Virus record (IMG/VR): IMGVR_UViG_3300005826_000294
Location: 124,001-188,000 of that record
Reading direction: 5' to 3' (one strand)
DNA: 64,000 nucleotides
This document shows positions 41,468 through 50,900 of this stretch, in pieces (positions within the stretch are counted from its first letter, which is position 1; every line of letters begins with the position of its first letter). Under the pieces are notes generated by a model, which ran no database searches, was not told the origin of the DNA, and was given only the letters and a program-made list of their open reading frames with translations. A program made the translations under genes and the position numbers.

Positions 41468-42082
41468 CTATTTTTTATCTTTCATATATAACATAAACTT
41501 ATCAAACTCTTGTTTATTATACTTCCCGCCTTTTCTACAATTCTCATTTTTCTTCAACCATCTATGATTTTCTGGAGAAAAAGCAATTTTTATATGAGAT
41601 AAATTATTAAAATTAAAAGCAACCAAAGGAAATATATGATCAATATGATATTCTTTACGATCTCCTGGACAATTCCCTAAATGCTCAAAAATTTGTTGAT
41701 AATTAATTCCATATTCTCTTGATGTCTTCACCTTTCCTTTTTTGCTATATCTTTTAAACGCATTACATAATCTTTTTCTTAGAGTATCAATTACAGAATA
41801 TCTTTCTTTTTTTCTACATGAACTACAAATTGGATTACCATTATTCCTAACAAATACAAATCTTAAATTATTACATATAGAACATATTTCTTCATTTTTA
41901 TATTGTTTGTTATAACACTTTTGGCACATCACTCCATTTTTTATTGAATGAGTTTCTTTTATTTTACCACAAGTTTCACATTTTCTATTTTTTGGAGGAT
42001 GTTGTTTATTATAACAAGCTTTACATAAAATATTCTTTTTATTATATATTGTTTTTATTTTAAAGCACAAAGAACATTTCAT
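41468..42082 (-). CDS. CxxC-repeat protein with C-terminal HNH endonuclease
   Basis: 'YHIDHIFPLVAFNF...PENHRWLKKNENCRK'; paralog of 37388..38317 and 61895..62590. Confidence 0.75.
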   Translation of the reverse strand: MKCSLCFKIKTIYNKKNILCKACYNKQHPPKNRKCETCGKIKETHSIKNGVMCQKCYNKQYKNEEICSICNNLRFVFVRNNGNPICSSCRKKERYSVIDTLRKRLCNAFKRYSKKGKVKTSREYGINYQQIFEHLGNCPGDRKEYHIDHIFPLVAFNFNNLSHIKIAFSPENHRWLKKNENCRKGGKYNKQEFDKFMLYMKDKK

Positions 42083-42309
42083 GAATTTTTGCTATAAATT
42101 ATCTTTTTTAACGAACGCATTTCATCATCATATTTACGCATATCGCTATTTATAAACTCTATTGCCAACATTTCAGCTTTATTTCCAGGATCTTCAAACA
42201 CAAAGTTAAATTTATCCCCACGGCCACACTCAATTAGACGAAGTCCCTGTAATTTGAGATATGCTGCTAACGCAATATCGCTAGTTGTATATGTCTCATT
42301 TTTAGTCAT
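42079..42309 (-). CDS. Small DUF5659-like protein
   Basis: 'ETYTTSDIALAAYLKLQGLRL...KFNFVFED'; likely start at 42309 (ATGA overlap), ORF track 42354. Confidence 0.5.
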   Translation of the reverse strand: MTKNETYTTSDIALAAYLKLQGLRLIECGRGDKFNFVFEDPGNKAEMLAIEFINSDMRKYDDEMRSLKKIIYSKNS

Positions 42310-42725
42310 AGTGTAATCACCTGTATAGTATCGCCCTTTAAAAGTTGCATACAAAACCGAATGTGACCGGTTGTACTTCCCGGATATACATCTGCCGGGT
42401 CATCTGGGTCTACAGGGAGTTGGTTTCCATTAAACAATAATTGTCCGTTTCTATAAATAGCTACGCGTTCTACAAATAATGCCGTATCATAAGTCAATCC
42501 ACCAGGAATAGCGAAATCTTGATAGGCTGGAAATTTACTCGTAAGTCTTATCCTCCCTATAGGAGCGTCATTGCTCAAGAGACGATCACATAATCCTACT
42601 GCGAGCTTTTCGCAGGTCACATTGTGATCTTTTATTTTCTCTGTAATTACAGAGTCCGTAGCTAGATCTACGCTTTCTATAGATCGATCTAGTACCTGGG
42701 ACCCTCTTACGAGAGATCTTGGCAT
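42306..42725 (-). CDS. Small virion appendage protein, paralog of the termini of 39282..41444
   Basis: N-terminal MPRSLVRGSQVLD and C-terminal 'IYRNGQLL...L.KG..IQ.I' shared with the 720-aa protein. Confidence 0.55.
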   Translation of the reverse strand: MPRSLVRGSQVLDRSIESVDLATDSVITEKIKDHNVTCEKLAVGLCDRLLSNDAPIGRIRLTSKFPAYQDFAIPGGLTYDTALFVERVAIYRNGQLLFNGNQLPVDPDDPADVYPGSTTGHIRFCMQLLKGDTIQVITL

Positions 42726-42805
42726 TAACTTAACTCCTCTTTAACAAAAACTAATTAACATAACTGCCCTAAGGCACGACTTTATAATCTACATACATAT
42801 GAGAT

Positions 42806-42821
42806 TATTGATAGTTTTTTT
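42806..42821 (-). promoter_or_regulatory. Putative late promoter AAAAAAACTATCAATA
   Basis: Identical to 15684..15699; intergenic, about 80 nt upstream of the ATG at 42725. Confidence 0.65.
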
Positions 42822-42825
42822 ATAA

Positions 42826-44415
42826 TTATGAACTAAGAGATACATCAAGTACGTAATCTTCAGTATTAAAAGTAAATCCACTCTTCACTCCAGCATCCAA
42901 AACACCAATTTGACTTAACATAATATTTTCTACTATATCAATTACTTGCTCAATAGTAATTGATCCGGTTCCTTGGATCTCTGATATACATGTATTTCTT
43001 ACAATTTCTTCACCAATTTGAGTAAATAATGCTCCACTCACTTGTTCTTGTCTCATTAAAGGCATCTTTTTTCCGCTCTTTAAAGTTGCTATAGCAAGGG
43101 GTTTTTCATTATCATAAATATGAGAAATTATTTTTTCAGTTATTTTTTCTTCTATAAGTTTATTTAATAATGGTGGTATTTCTCCACGAACAAATTCTAC
43201 ATTTAATATTTCTAAAGCAGCCTCTCTTGAAGGTCTTGAAATCTCTAAAATAGCATCTCCTAATCTTCCAGGTCTCATTAATGCTGGGTCAATTAATTCT
43301 GGCCTATTTGTTGCTCCAATAAAAATAACATCTTGATTAGTATCAACTCCTTGAAGTTCTGTAAGAAGTGTTGGAACAATAGTTTTTTCTGGAGAATATG
43401 TAGCAGTATCTTTTCTTTTTCCTGCAATACTTTCAATTTCATCCCAAAAAATAATAGATGTAAATCCAGTAGTTTCTGCCATTTTTCTTGCTTCATCAAA
43501 AAGTTTTCTTATAGAGGCTTCTGTATTTCCTGCCCATTTTGATAATAACTCCGGACCATTAATAAGAAAAAACCCTCTTTCATCGCTGGATCCTTTTATC
43601 TCAGCATTCTTTTCTCTTAATTTTAACATCTCATTAAATATTGCTTTAGCAATCATGGTTTTTCCACATCCTGGAGAACCATGAAGCAAGGCCGCTCTTA
43701 AAGGTTTTAATCCATATTTTTTAAACTTATCTTTATAAACAGTTGGGAATATTAATCTTTCTTGTAAATATTTCTTTTCTTCTTCTAAACCTTTTACATC
43801 TTCAAATGTTATGTTAGGAACCTCTGATAAAGAAAACATACTTTTTTCTCTTGTTCCAAGAACTTCAAGAACTATTTGAGATTCTAAATCATAACGGATT
43901 TCATCACCTTCTTTACAGAAAACCCAATCTGCTACTTTTAGAATTAGTTCATGTCCGCCATCATCTATAACTATTCTACTATCATCTAATACTCTTTGAA
44001 CTCTTGATAAACGACCATCATATATCTCATGATCCCGAATTCCAGCAAGCACGCGATCTGGTCCATGACCCATTACAAAAACTTCTGTTCCTGTTTTTAA
44101 TTTATTTACATCTACATCTGGAGAAATAATAATTTCTTCTTTTATTGGTCCCAATTGAACCAAAGCCCTTCTATTAGGAAGGGCTTTTACACATCTAACT
44201 CGTTGTCCAGACTTATCTTGTAAAACCTTAATTCTTTCACGAAGACTTTCTAATTCTCTTTTATATACATTAGCATTTTCAGCCTCTTCCATATAATACC
44301 ATAATACATCAATAAGATGAGACATTTCATTAGGAGTTAAGGCTTTTGATAATTCGTATTTTCCACCTCGTATGAAACATTCTCCAACTAATTTTTTTAC
44401 TTCAAATCTATCCAT
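42826..44415 (-). CDS. ARC/Mpa-like (proteasomal-type) AAA+ ATPase
   Basis: N-terminal coiled coil, two OB-like segments, Walker A GSPGCGKT, 'INGPELLSKWAG', Walker B IIFWDEIE, 'IVPTLLTELQGV', SRH 'GATNRPELIDPALMRPGRL'. Confidence 0.8.
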   Translation of the reverse strand: MDRFEVKKLVGECFIRGGKYELSKALTPNEMSHLIDVLWYYMEEAENANVYKRELESLRERIKVLQDKSGQRVRCVKALPNRRALVQLGPIKEEIIISPDVDVNKLKTGTEVFVMGHGPDRVLAGIRDHEIYDGRLSRVQRVLDDSRIVIDDGGHELILKVADWVFCKEGDEIRYDLESQIVLEVLGTREKSMFSLSEVPNITFEDVKGLEEEKKYLQERLIFPTVYKDKFKKYGLKPLRAALLHGSPGCGKTMIAKAIFNEMLKLREKNAEIKGSSDERGFFLINGPELLSKWAGNTEASIRKLFDEARKMAETTGFTSIIFWDEIESIAGKRKDTATYSPEKTIVPTLLTELQGVDTNQDVIFIGATNRPELIDPALMRPGRLGDAILEISRPSREAALEILNVEFVRGEIPPLLNKLIEEKITEKIISHIYDNEKPLAIATLKSGKKMPLMRQEQVSGALFTQIGEEIVRNTCISEIQGTGSITIEQVIDIVENIMLSQIGVLDAGVKSGFTFNTEDYVLDVSLSS

Positions 44416-44425
44416 TTACTTTCCC

Positions 44426-45094
44426 TTATAATTCTATTAATTCTATATTCCCATCATCACCAATAATAACATAAGCTCTATGATGAGAATCAACCCAATC
44501 TCCTGTGTTATAATACATTGTATCATATATTTTTCTACAACAAGGCCTATGGGTATGTCCAGCTATAATAATATTTGCCTGACTTTCAAGTCTTACTAAT
44601 TTATTTTCTTGTTTTTGTAATAAAAATTTTTGTACTATCCATGTTTTATGTAAAGCATGTTGTAGATCTATGCCTGTTAATTCATAGATCAATCGATTAA
44701 ATCTAATAATAAAACGACTAAATTTAGGATATTTCATTACTGTTGAGTCTGTTTGATGTCCGTGATAAATCCTTATTATTTTATTATCAATTCTTAATAA
44801 AATATCTTTTTTAAATGAGATCTTTGGTAATATATCTTGTAATCCATAAACAAACCAGTCATGATTTCCATTTATATATATTATGTTTTTAAATTTCTGT
44901 ATTACTGATAAAAATGATCTATGTCTTTCATCAAAATTTAGATTTTTAGCAAAATCAAATATATCTCCATTTAATACTAAAGTACAATCTTTATTCGAGA
45001 AATTTTCCAATAAAGATAATAAACTCGGCAAATTTCTATTTGCTTGACGATCTCCTATATGAGTATCACTAAGGACCAACCACAATTTTTTCAA
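44426..45094 (-). CDS. Calcineurin-like metallophosphoesterase (LpxH-like)
   Basis: SDTHIG, NGDIFD, GNHD, HGH, GHTH, NTGDW motifs. Confidence 0.85.
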   Translation of the reverse strand: MKKLWLVLSDTHIGDRQANRNLPSLLSLLENFSNKDCTLVLNGDIFDFAKNLNFDERHRSFLSVIQKFKNIIYINGNHDWFVYGLQDILPKISFKKDILLRIDNKIIRIYHGHQTDSTVMKYPKFSRFIIRFNRLIYELTGIDLQHALHKTWIVQKFLLQKQENKLVRLESQANIIIAGHTHRPCCRKIYDTMYYNTGDWVDSHHRAYVIIGDDGNIELIEL

Positions 45095-45566
45095 ACTCCT
45101 TATTATTTAAACAATAATCATACAAATCTTCTGGAGTTGTAGATTCAGGTTCCATATTTGTTTTCAAACCTGATTTATTTAATAATATTGTAACTGCTTC
45201 CGAACAATGTAATTTTTTTGAATCTCTAAAAGGATTTCTATACCATTTCCCAAACCATCTTCTAGCACCTAATCCAAAAGCAGACCAAAAATCATATGTT
45301 CCTCCTAACCATTTTGCTATATATTTTAGACCCTCAGATAAGTCTTTATTACATTTAAATTCATCTACCAATTTATTCTTTTTAATCCATTTAGATTTTG
45401 GTGTTAATTTATATCCCCAAAAAGTTGCTTCAATTACAAATATGTCTTGTAAAACCTCTGAATAATATGTAGCAAAAGCATGACTAACTCTTCCTTTTGT
45501 AAACCATCTTATCAACTTTCCCATTATCCCCGAGCTTGAAGAAAATCCTATAGTAATCATAAGCAC
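45069..45566 (-). CDS. Permuted papain-like (NlpC/P60, YiiX/YaeF-like) enzyme
   Basis: His before Cys: 'SHAF...VIEAT...G..YDF...LHCSEAV'. Confidence 0.75.
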   Translation of the reverse strand: MLMITIGFSSSSGIMGKLIRWFTKGRVSHAFATYYSEVLQDIFVIEATFWGYKLTPKSKWIKKNKLVDEFKCNKDLSEGLKYIAKWLGGTYDFWSAFGLGARRWFGKWYRNPFRDSKKLHCSEAVTILLNKSGLKTNMEPESTTPEDLYDYCLNNKEFEKIVVGP

Positions 45567-45583
45567 CTCCTATTGACGGCACT

Positions 45584-46684
45584 TTAACTATCATCATAAC
45601 TCAAACAATAAAAAGTTGCTGTTGCTAACGAACCTCCTAACTCAACATCATGTTGTAATTTAACTAAAATTTCCATACCATAATTTCCAAATATCTCTGT
45701 AACTGCTTGATAGTTCCAAGGATATGTGATTACATCAACATCAAGATCTCTCCAAGTTGGAGTTTGACATGTTGTAGCAGGAATTGGGGGTTTAGAACCA
45801 TTAGCCTCATTAATATAATCTATTTGTGATTTATAAATAGTTGGATTCCCAAGAGGAATTTTTGTACCACTTGGATATGGAGTTGGTGTGTATTGTGGAG
45901 CAAAAACATCAACTAATCCATATGGTTGAAATGTAACAGAATCTTTAATTGAAATATTGCTACTAAATTGAACCTCAGTAGATACAATTTTTAACTTTTT
46001 TCCACTTTGTGGTCTTAAAATCCAATCAGATCCATTTACTTCATATGTATCTACAGTGATAGTCTCAGATTCAGATAATGGAGTTAAAAATGTAACTCTA
46101 GAATTACGATAATCTACTATAAAATCCCCTCCATATCCATCATGAGGGTCTTGTTCTGTTTTCTCTACATCATCAACATAAACTTTTAATCTAGGGACAT
46201 AACCTTCTTCTGTTGTAATAAAATCTTCATCACTATATTTTCCATGATAATTATCAATCCAACATTTTCCAGTTGGACTATCATAATTGGTGTGATCACC
46301 AGAATCAACTAAAGTCTGTCCAGATACTTTTATAGATTTAAAATACCAAGTAGTTTTATCAGTCCAATTTGGTGTAATCGCTGTATATCTCGATCCTTCA
46401 GTGCTTTCAACAGATACACGAAGAACATTATCTTTTGTTACTTTTTCTAATGAATTTACTTCTTCTATAGGAACTCCATCATGTCCATTAAGTGTAAATC
46501 CAAGAAGAGATTCATCTCCAACATCTAATTCATCTTTCATAAAAACACTAATAGTATCTCCAATAACATTTATATGACTTAATGCTATTTTTATTTCACT
46601 ATCGCGAATCTCTTCAGTCAATTTTTCAATATCTACAGCTTCATTTAAAGTATCTGATGCTACAGAGTATGTATATTCTGCCAT
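45584..46684 (-). CDS. Putative virion structural protein
   Basis: 366 aa, acidic and beta-rich, within the fibre cluster. Confidence 0.5.
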   Translation of the reverse strand: MAEYTYSVASDTLNEAVDIEKLTEEIRDSEIKIALSHINVIGDTISVFMKDELDVGDESLLGFTLNGHDGVPIEEVNSLEKVTKDNVLRVSVESTEGSRYTAITPNWTDKTTWYFKSIKVSGQTLVDSGDHTNYDSPTGKCWIDNYHGKYSDEDFITTEEGYVPRLKVYVDDVEKTEQDPHDGYGGDFIVDYRNSRVTFLTPLSESETITVDTYEVNGSDWILRPQSGKKLKIVSTEVQFSSNISIKDSVTFQPYGLVDVFAPQYTPTPYPSGTKIPLGNPTIYKSQIDYINEANGSKPPIPATTCQTPTWRDLDVDVITYPWNYQAVTEIFGNYGMEILVKLQHDVELGGSLATATFYCLSYDDS

Positions 46685-47268
46685 TATATTCTCCTTACAG
46701 AAACTTTACTATCTTTAATTGATATTTCTTTACCATTTTTTGTTGTTGATGCTTGAAATTTTATACAATGATAACCAGATTCCCATTCTATATTTAAAAA
46801 ACTACACTGGGTAATCCAACTCTCACTGTCTAATGATTCAAGAACATATAAGTCTTCATTATCTATATTAACTCTTAAAGAAATTAATCCTTTTTTATTT
46901 TTTCTTTTAACATTTGTGGTCCAATCTATACGATAATTACCAGAACAAAAAGGACTATTTGGGTTTATAGATATAATTGTCATTGGCTCTGTAGAAGATG
47001 TATTTATCTCTTGTTCTTGTGTTCCTTCTAATTCATTTATTAAAGTATTATTTTCTATTCCAAAATCTACAATATCTTTTTCTTCCTGATTCATTTCAAT
47101 TATATTATATCCATCATATCCATCATACCCATCAATTTTCCAATATTTTGAAGGAATGTCTTCTACATTAGATAAATCAGGATTAATTATCCAATCTTCT
47201 GTTGAATAGTCAGGAGTATTAACTGATAATAAGTATTCTTTTGTAGTCTTATTTAAAACATTCGCCAT
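46684..47268 (-). CDS. Putative virion protein with DGYDGYDGY
   Basis: 194 aa; 'SVNTPDY...WIINPDLS.V..IP.KYWKI' N-terminal module. Confidence 0.5.
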   Translation of the reverse strand: MANVLNKTTKEYLLSVNTPDYSTEDWIINPDLSNVEDIPSKYWKIDGYDGYDGYNIIEMNQEEKDIVDFGIENNTLINELEGTQEQEINTSSTEPMTIISINPNSPFCSGNYRIDWTTNVKRKNKKGLISLRVNIDNEDLYVLESLDSESWITQCSFLNIEWESGYHCIKFQASTTKNGKEISIKDSKVSVRRI

Positions 47269-47270
47269 AA

Positions 47271-47909
47271 CTATCTCCTACGAGGTCTTAAAGCCGCATC
47301 ATATACATAACTAGGAGCACCAGATGCTGAAGAAAAATTAATCTGACTTTGTCCCATATTTTTTACCACCCCTGTTCCAGAAATTGTAGAACCATTTGCT
47401 CCACCAAAAAGAGTCAAACGAGTAGTCATTCCATATACAATTGAATCACTTCCACGAGAATTATAAATTGTTAATGCTTCGGACGCATTTAATTTTCTTG
47501 TATATAATCTAATATCATATAAACTTCCATTAAAATAATTAGTTGTTCCATATCTACTAAATAAAGCCGCAAGACCACTTTGAGGAGTATTAACAGATGT
47601 ATTTGTATTTATTAATGCTCCATTAACATACATCTCTGCCGTATTATTAAAATCATTCCATGTACATACAAAATGATATAATACTCCAATTGAAAGAGTA
47701 TAATTTAACCCACTGCCTTCATTACCAAAATCATTATAAAACGTTGTTCCATCTATTCTGCCTTCAAAATCGTTTCCAGTTCCAAAAAAACGCTGAACAC
47801 CAGTTAAAGAATTAGCACGAATCCAAAAACTAATAGATCCTATTATACCAGGAGAAAATGATGATACACTTTGTGCTCCATAGCCAGTTCCAGGTGCTGA
47901 AAGTCCCAT
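47271..47909 (-). CDS. LamG / concanavalin-A-like lectin domain protein
   Basis: 'SISFWIR...LYHFVCTWN...MYVNG...YFNGSLYDIRLYTRKL'; start at 47909 (TAATG overlap) preferred over 47945. Confidence 0.75.
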   Translation of the reverse strand: MGLSAPGTGYGAQSVSSFSPGIIGSISFWIRANSLTGVQRFFGTGNDFEGRIDGTTFYNDFGNEGSGLNYTLSIGVLYHFVCTWNDFNNTAEMYVNGALINTNTSVNTPQSGLAALFSRYGTTNYFNGSLYDIRLYTRKLNASEALTIYNSRGSDSIVYGMTTRLTLFGGANGSTISGTGVVKNMGQSQINFSSASGAPSYVYDAALRPRRR

Positions 47910-50900
47910 TAGCTCCATCCTATCGTTATAGAATGTAATAACCAATCACCAGGTAAAGTATCAGTTGGAACATTACGACATAACTCAAAAAGATATGTAA
48001 CTCCAACTGTTAATCCTAATGTGCTTATAGCTATTGTTTGAGAATCCTTTTGATAATACACATTGTTAGGCATAGATAAGTTTGTTAATAATGTTGGAGA
48101 TCCCCATGCAGGTATAACAGCATTGTCAGGAATTGCTCTTTTATATAAGTTTAATCCAACATTTGCTGTTGTGGCTGCCGTGGCTCTACGACTAAGAAAT
48201 CCTAAAATAATGTTTGTAGCCCCTGTTGGAACACGAATTGTAAATCCTACACCTTCTACTGTTGTATCATCAAATGCTCTTACTGACAATGCTGTGTTAT
48301 TAGCATCTGGAATAAGAGGTGCTAGTGAATTAACTGCCCAGTCTGAACTTACAGGAGATTCTAATTGATCAGCTTGAAATATCTTATGAGGAACAATAGA
48401 ACTTCCACCACTAACCGCCGCCCATGATGGATTTGAACCAACACCATTTGTTTTTAAATAATAACCAGATGTTCCATAACCTAAACGAACCCAGTTTGTT
48501 CCATTATGATATAAAATATCCCCTTGAACAGGATTTCCAGCAGCCTGTACTGATCTTACTGTTGTTGAGTTTCCATTATTTATATTAGTAGTGTGACCAG
48601 TAACCAAATTGTCTGCTAAATAACAATTATTTGTATTTGCACCAGAAGCAATTCTTATTCCATCCCCAGTGTTATTTAAAATTCTATTACTAGCAATAAG
48701 AATATTAGTACTATTAGCATCTGCTGTTACATAAATACCATGACTACCATTACCATGAATATGGTTATTAGAAATTAAACTATTTGTATCTACAGTACAT
48801 TCAATTCCACTTCCACCATTGCTTGCTATGTGACATGAAGTAACTAAACTATCTTCTCCAGTCCATATTCCTTCTCCAACATTGTTTTCAATAGTACACA
48901 TAGAAATTACATCTTCTTCTCCATCTGTATCAATGCCTACTCCACCATTGTTACTTGAAACACAACTAGAAATTATTGTTGAGTTAGAACCTATTGCGGT
49001 TTCTATACCCTCAGCATCATTATAGTTTAAAACACAATGAGAAATAAGTGTAGATACTGCTCCACTTTGAACTAAAATACCATTTGATCCATTATTACAG
49101 GCATTGGTAGATGAAATGGCAACAGTATTACAACCAGATCCAACTACAATACCATTTCCAACATTACCAGATACAAGTCCTGAAAAAGATACTGATCTAC
49201 AATTACTATATGTAATTCCTACTCCACATTGAACAACTCCAATATCAGAAAAAGCCGCTGATCCGGAATCTTCAACTACTACACCAACATTACAACCTTG
49301 TATTTCCATTCTACGAAAAATACAACTAATTGCTCCTCTTACTAATAATGCATTTCCTGTTGCTCCACTTAAAGTTATATTATCTATATTAGCAGAAGTA
49401 ACCGCTGAGGTTCCAAGCATTGCTTGTCCAGATATTGTTAAACCTTCATAAGTTCCAGCAACAGTTAAATGAGTATTATCTGTAATACTAGCAATTTGAT
49501 AAAATGTTCCTCCAATAGCAATGAAATCTCCTGGAGATAAATTTGTAAAAGTCGTTCCACTACCTACTACAGCAGATGTTCCAGATGTTATAGATATAGT
49601 CCCAGATTCTTCTGTTGTACCTCCATTTCCATCAATAGTAACACTATATCCATTAGATAAATCTATAATACAATCATCTTCTCCTAATAGAAGACCTCCA
49701 TCTGGAACCACTATATTTGCTGTCTCAACATATGTTCCTGTTCTTACAAAAACAGATTTAGCTCCAGATGTAAAAGCAGCTGAAGGAAGTGTGTAATCTC
49801 CACCAGAAGGGGCAACAATAGCATCATATAAAGTTTGACCTCCACCAGGGCCCGCTGGGCCCGTAGCTCCAGATGCTTCTGCATCACGGATTACTAAACC
49901 ACAAGCATTAGCCGTAGTTATAAAATCTTTATCGTTAAATTCCGTTGCTTGAATTTTTATTTTATCGCCATCATTTAATTCGGCTAAAATTGTTGCAGAT
50001 CCACCACCAGATAAATCATTTTTAGATACTCCTGATCTAATACGACTTCCGCCTATTTCATTATATCCACCACCTGTATCTAATACTAAACGAGCAAGAG
50101 CATGTCCATCATTCCCACCAGTTACTTCAAAACTCATATAATATGTAATTTCATACCAACCATCAGTATTTATTTCTACAACGGCAGAATCTGTTGTATG
50201 TGTAAATGCGGAATCTTCACGGACTTCAGTATCAAGAGTTATATCAACCCAACTTGGACTATCAGGAATATCAATTCCACCAGCAGCATCATAAGCAAAA
50301 AATAAAGCTCTACTACTTCCAGATCCTCCTGGAGGCTCTGCCCATGTCCCATCTGCTCTAAGATAATTAATAATTCCACCACCAAGTTTTGGTAGAAGAC
50401 CATGATAAGATGTTGTTGAATTTAAATCTGTATTATCATCAGGAGAAGCTAAATCATCTAATTTAATAGCATCATCTCCTCCTGACTGATGAGTAGATGC
50501 GTGTAATGGAAGAGAACCTGGTATAGAAGCACATTGCCATCTAGAAGATGTTGTTGTATAAGACAGAGCAACTCCACTTCCTGATTTTATAATCAAATCT
50601 GAATCATTTGGTAATGCTAATCTTTGAGTACTAGTAGATCCCAGATCTTCATGTTTTAGAGTTAGATCATAATCAGATAAATTTGTAACCCACATAAATT
50701 TCCCATGATCAACTTGTGAAAACCCAGTGACTTCAAAATTTTGATTTGCCGAATGAAATTGAGCCATTCCATAATCTTCAATATCAACATTATCATAAGA
50801 GGTTGTAGATCCGACGTTTATTCCATATGGACTTTGGGCGATACTTCTAATATTGGCAGCAGTATCAGTTTGAATAGGATCGCCCATAGTAGCAATACGT

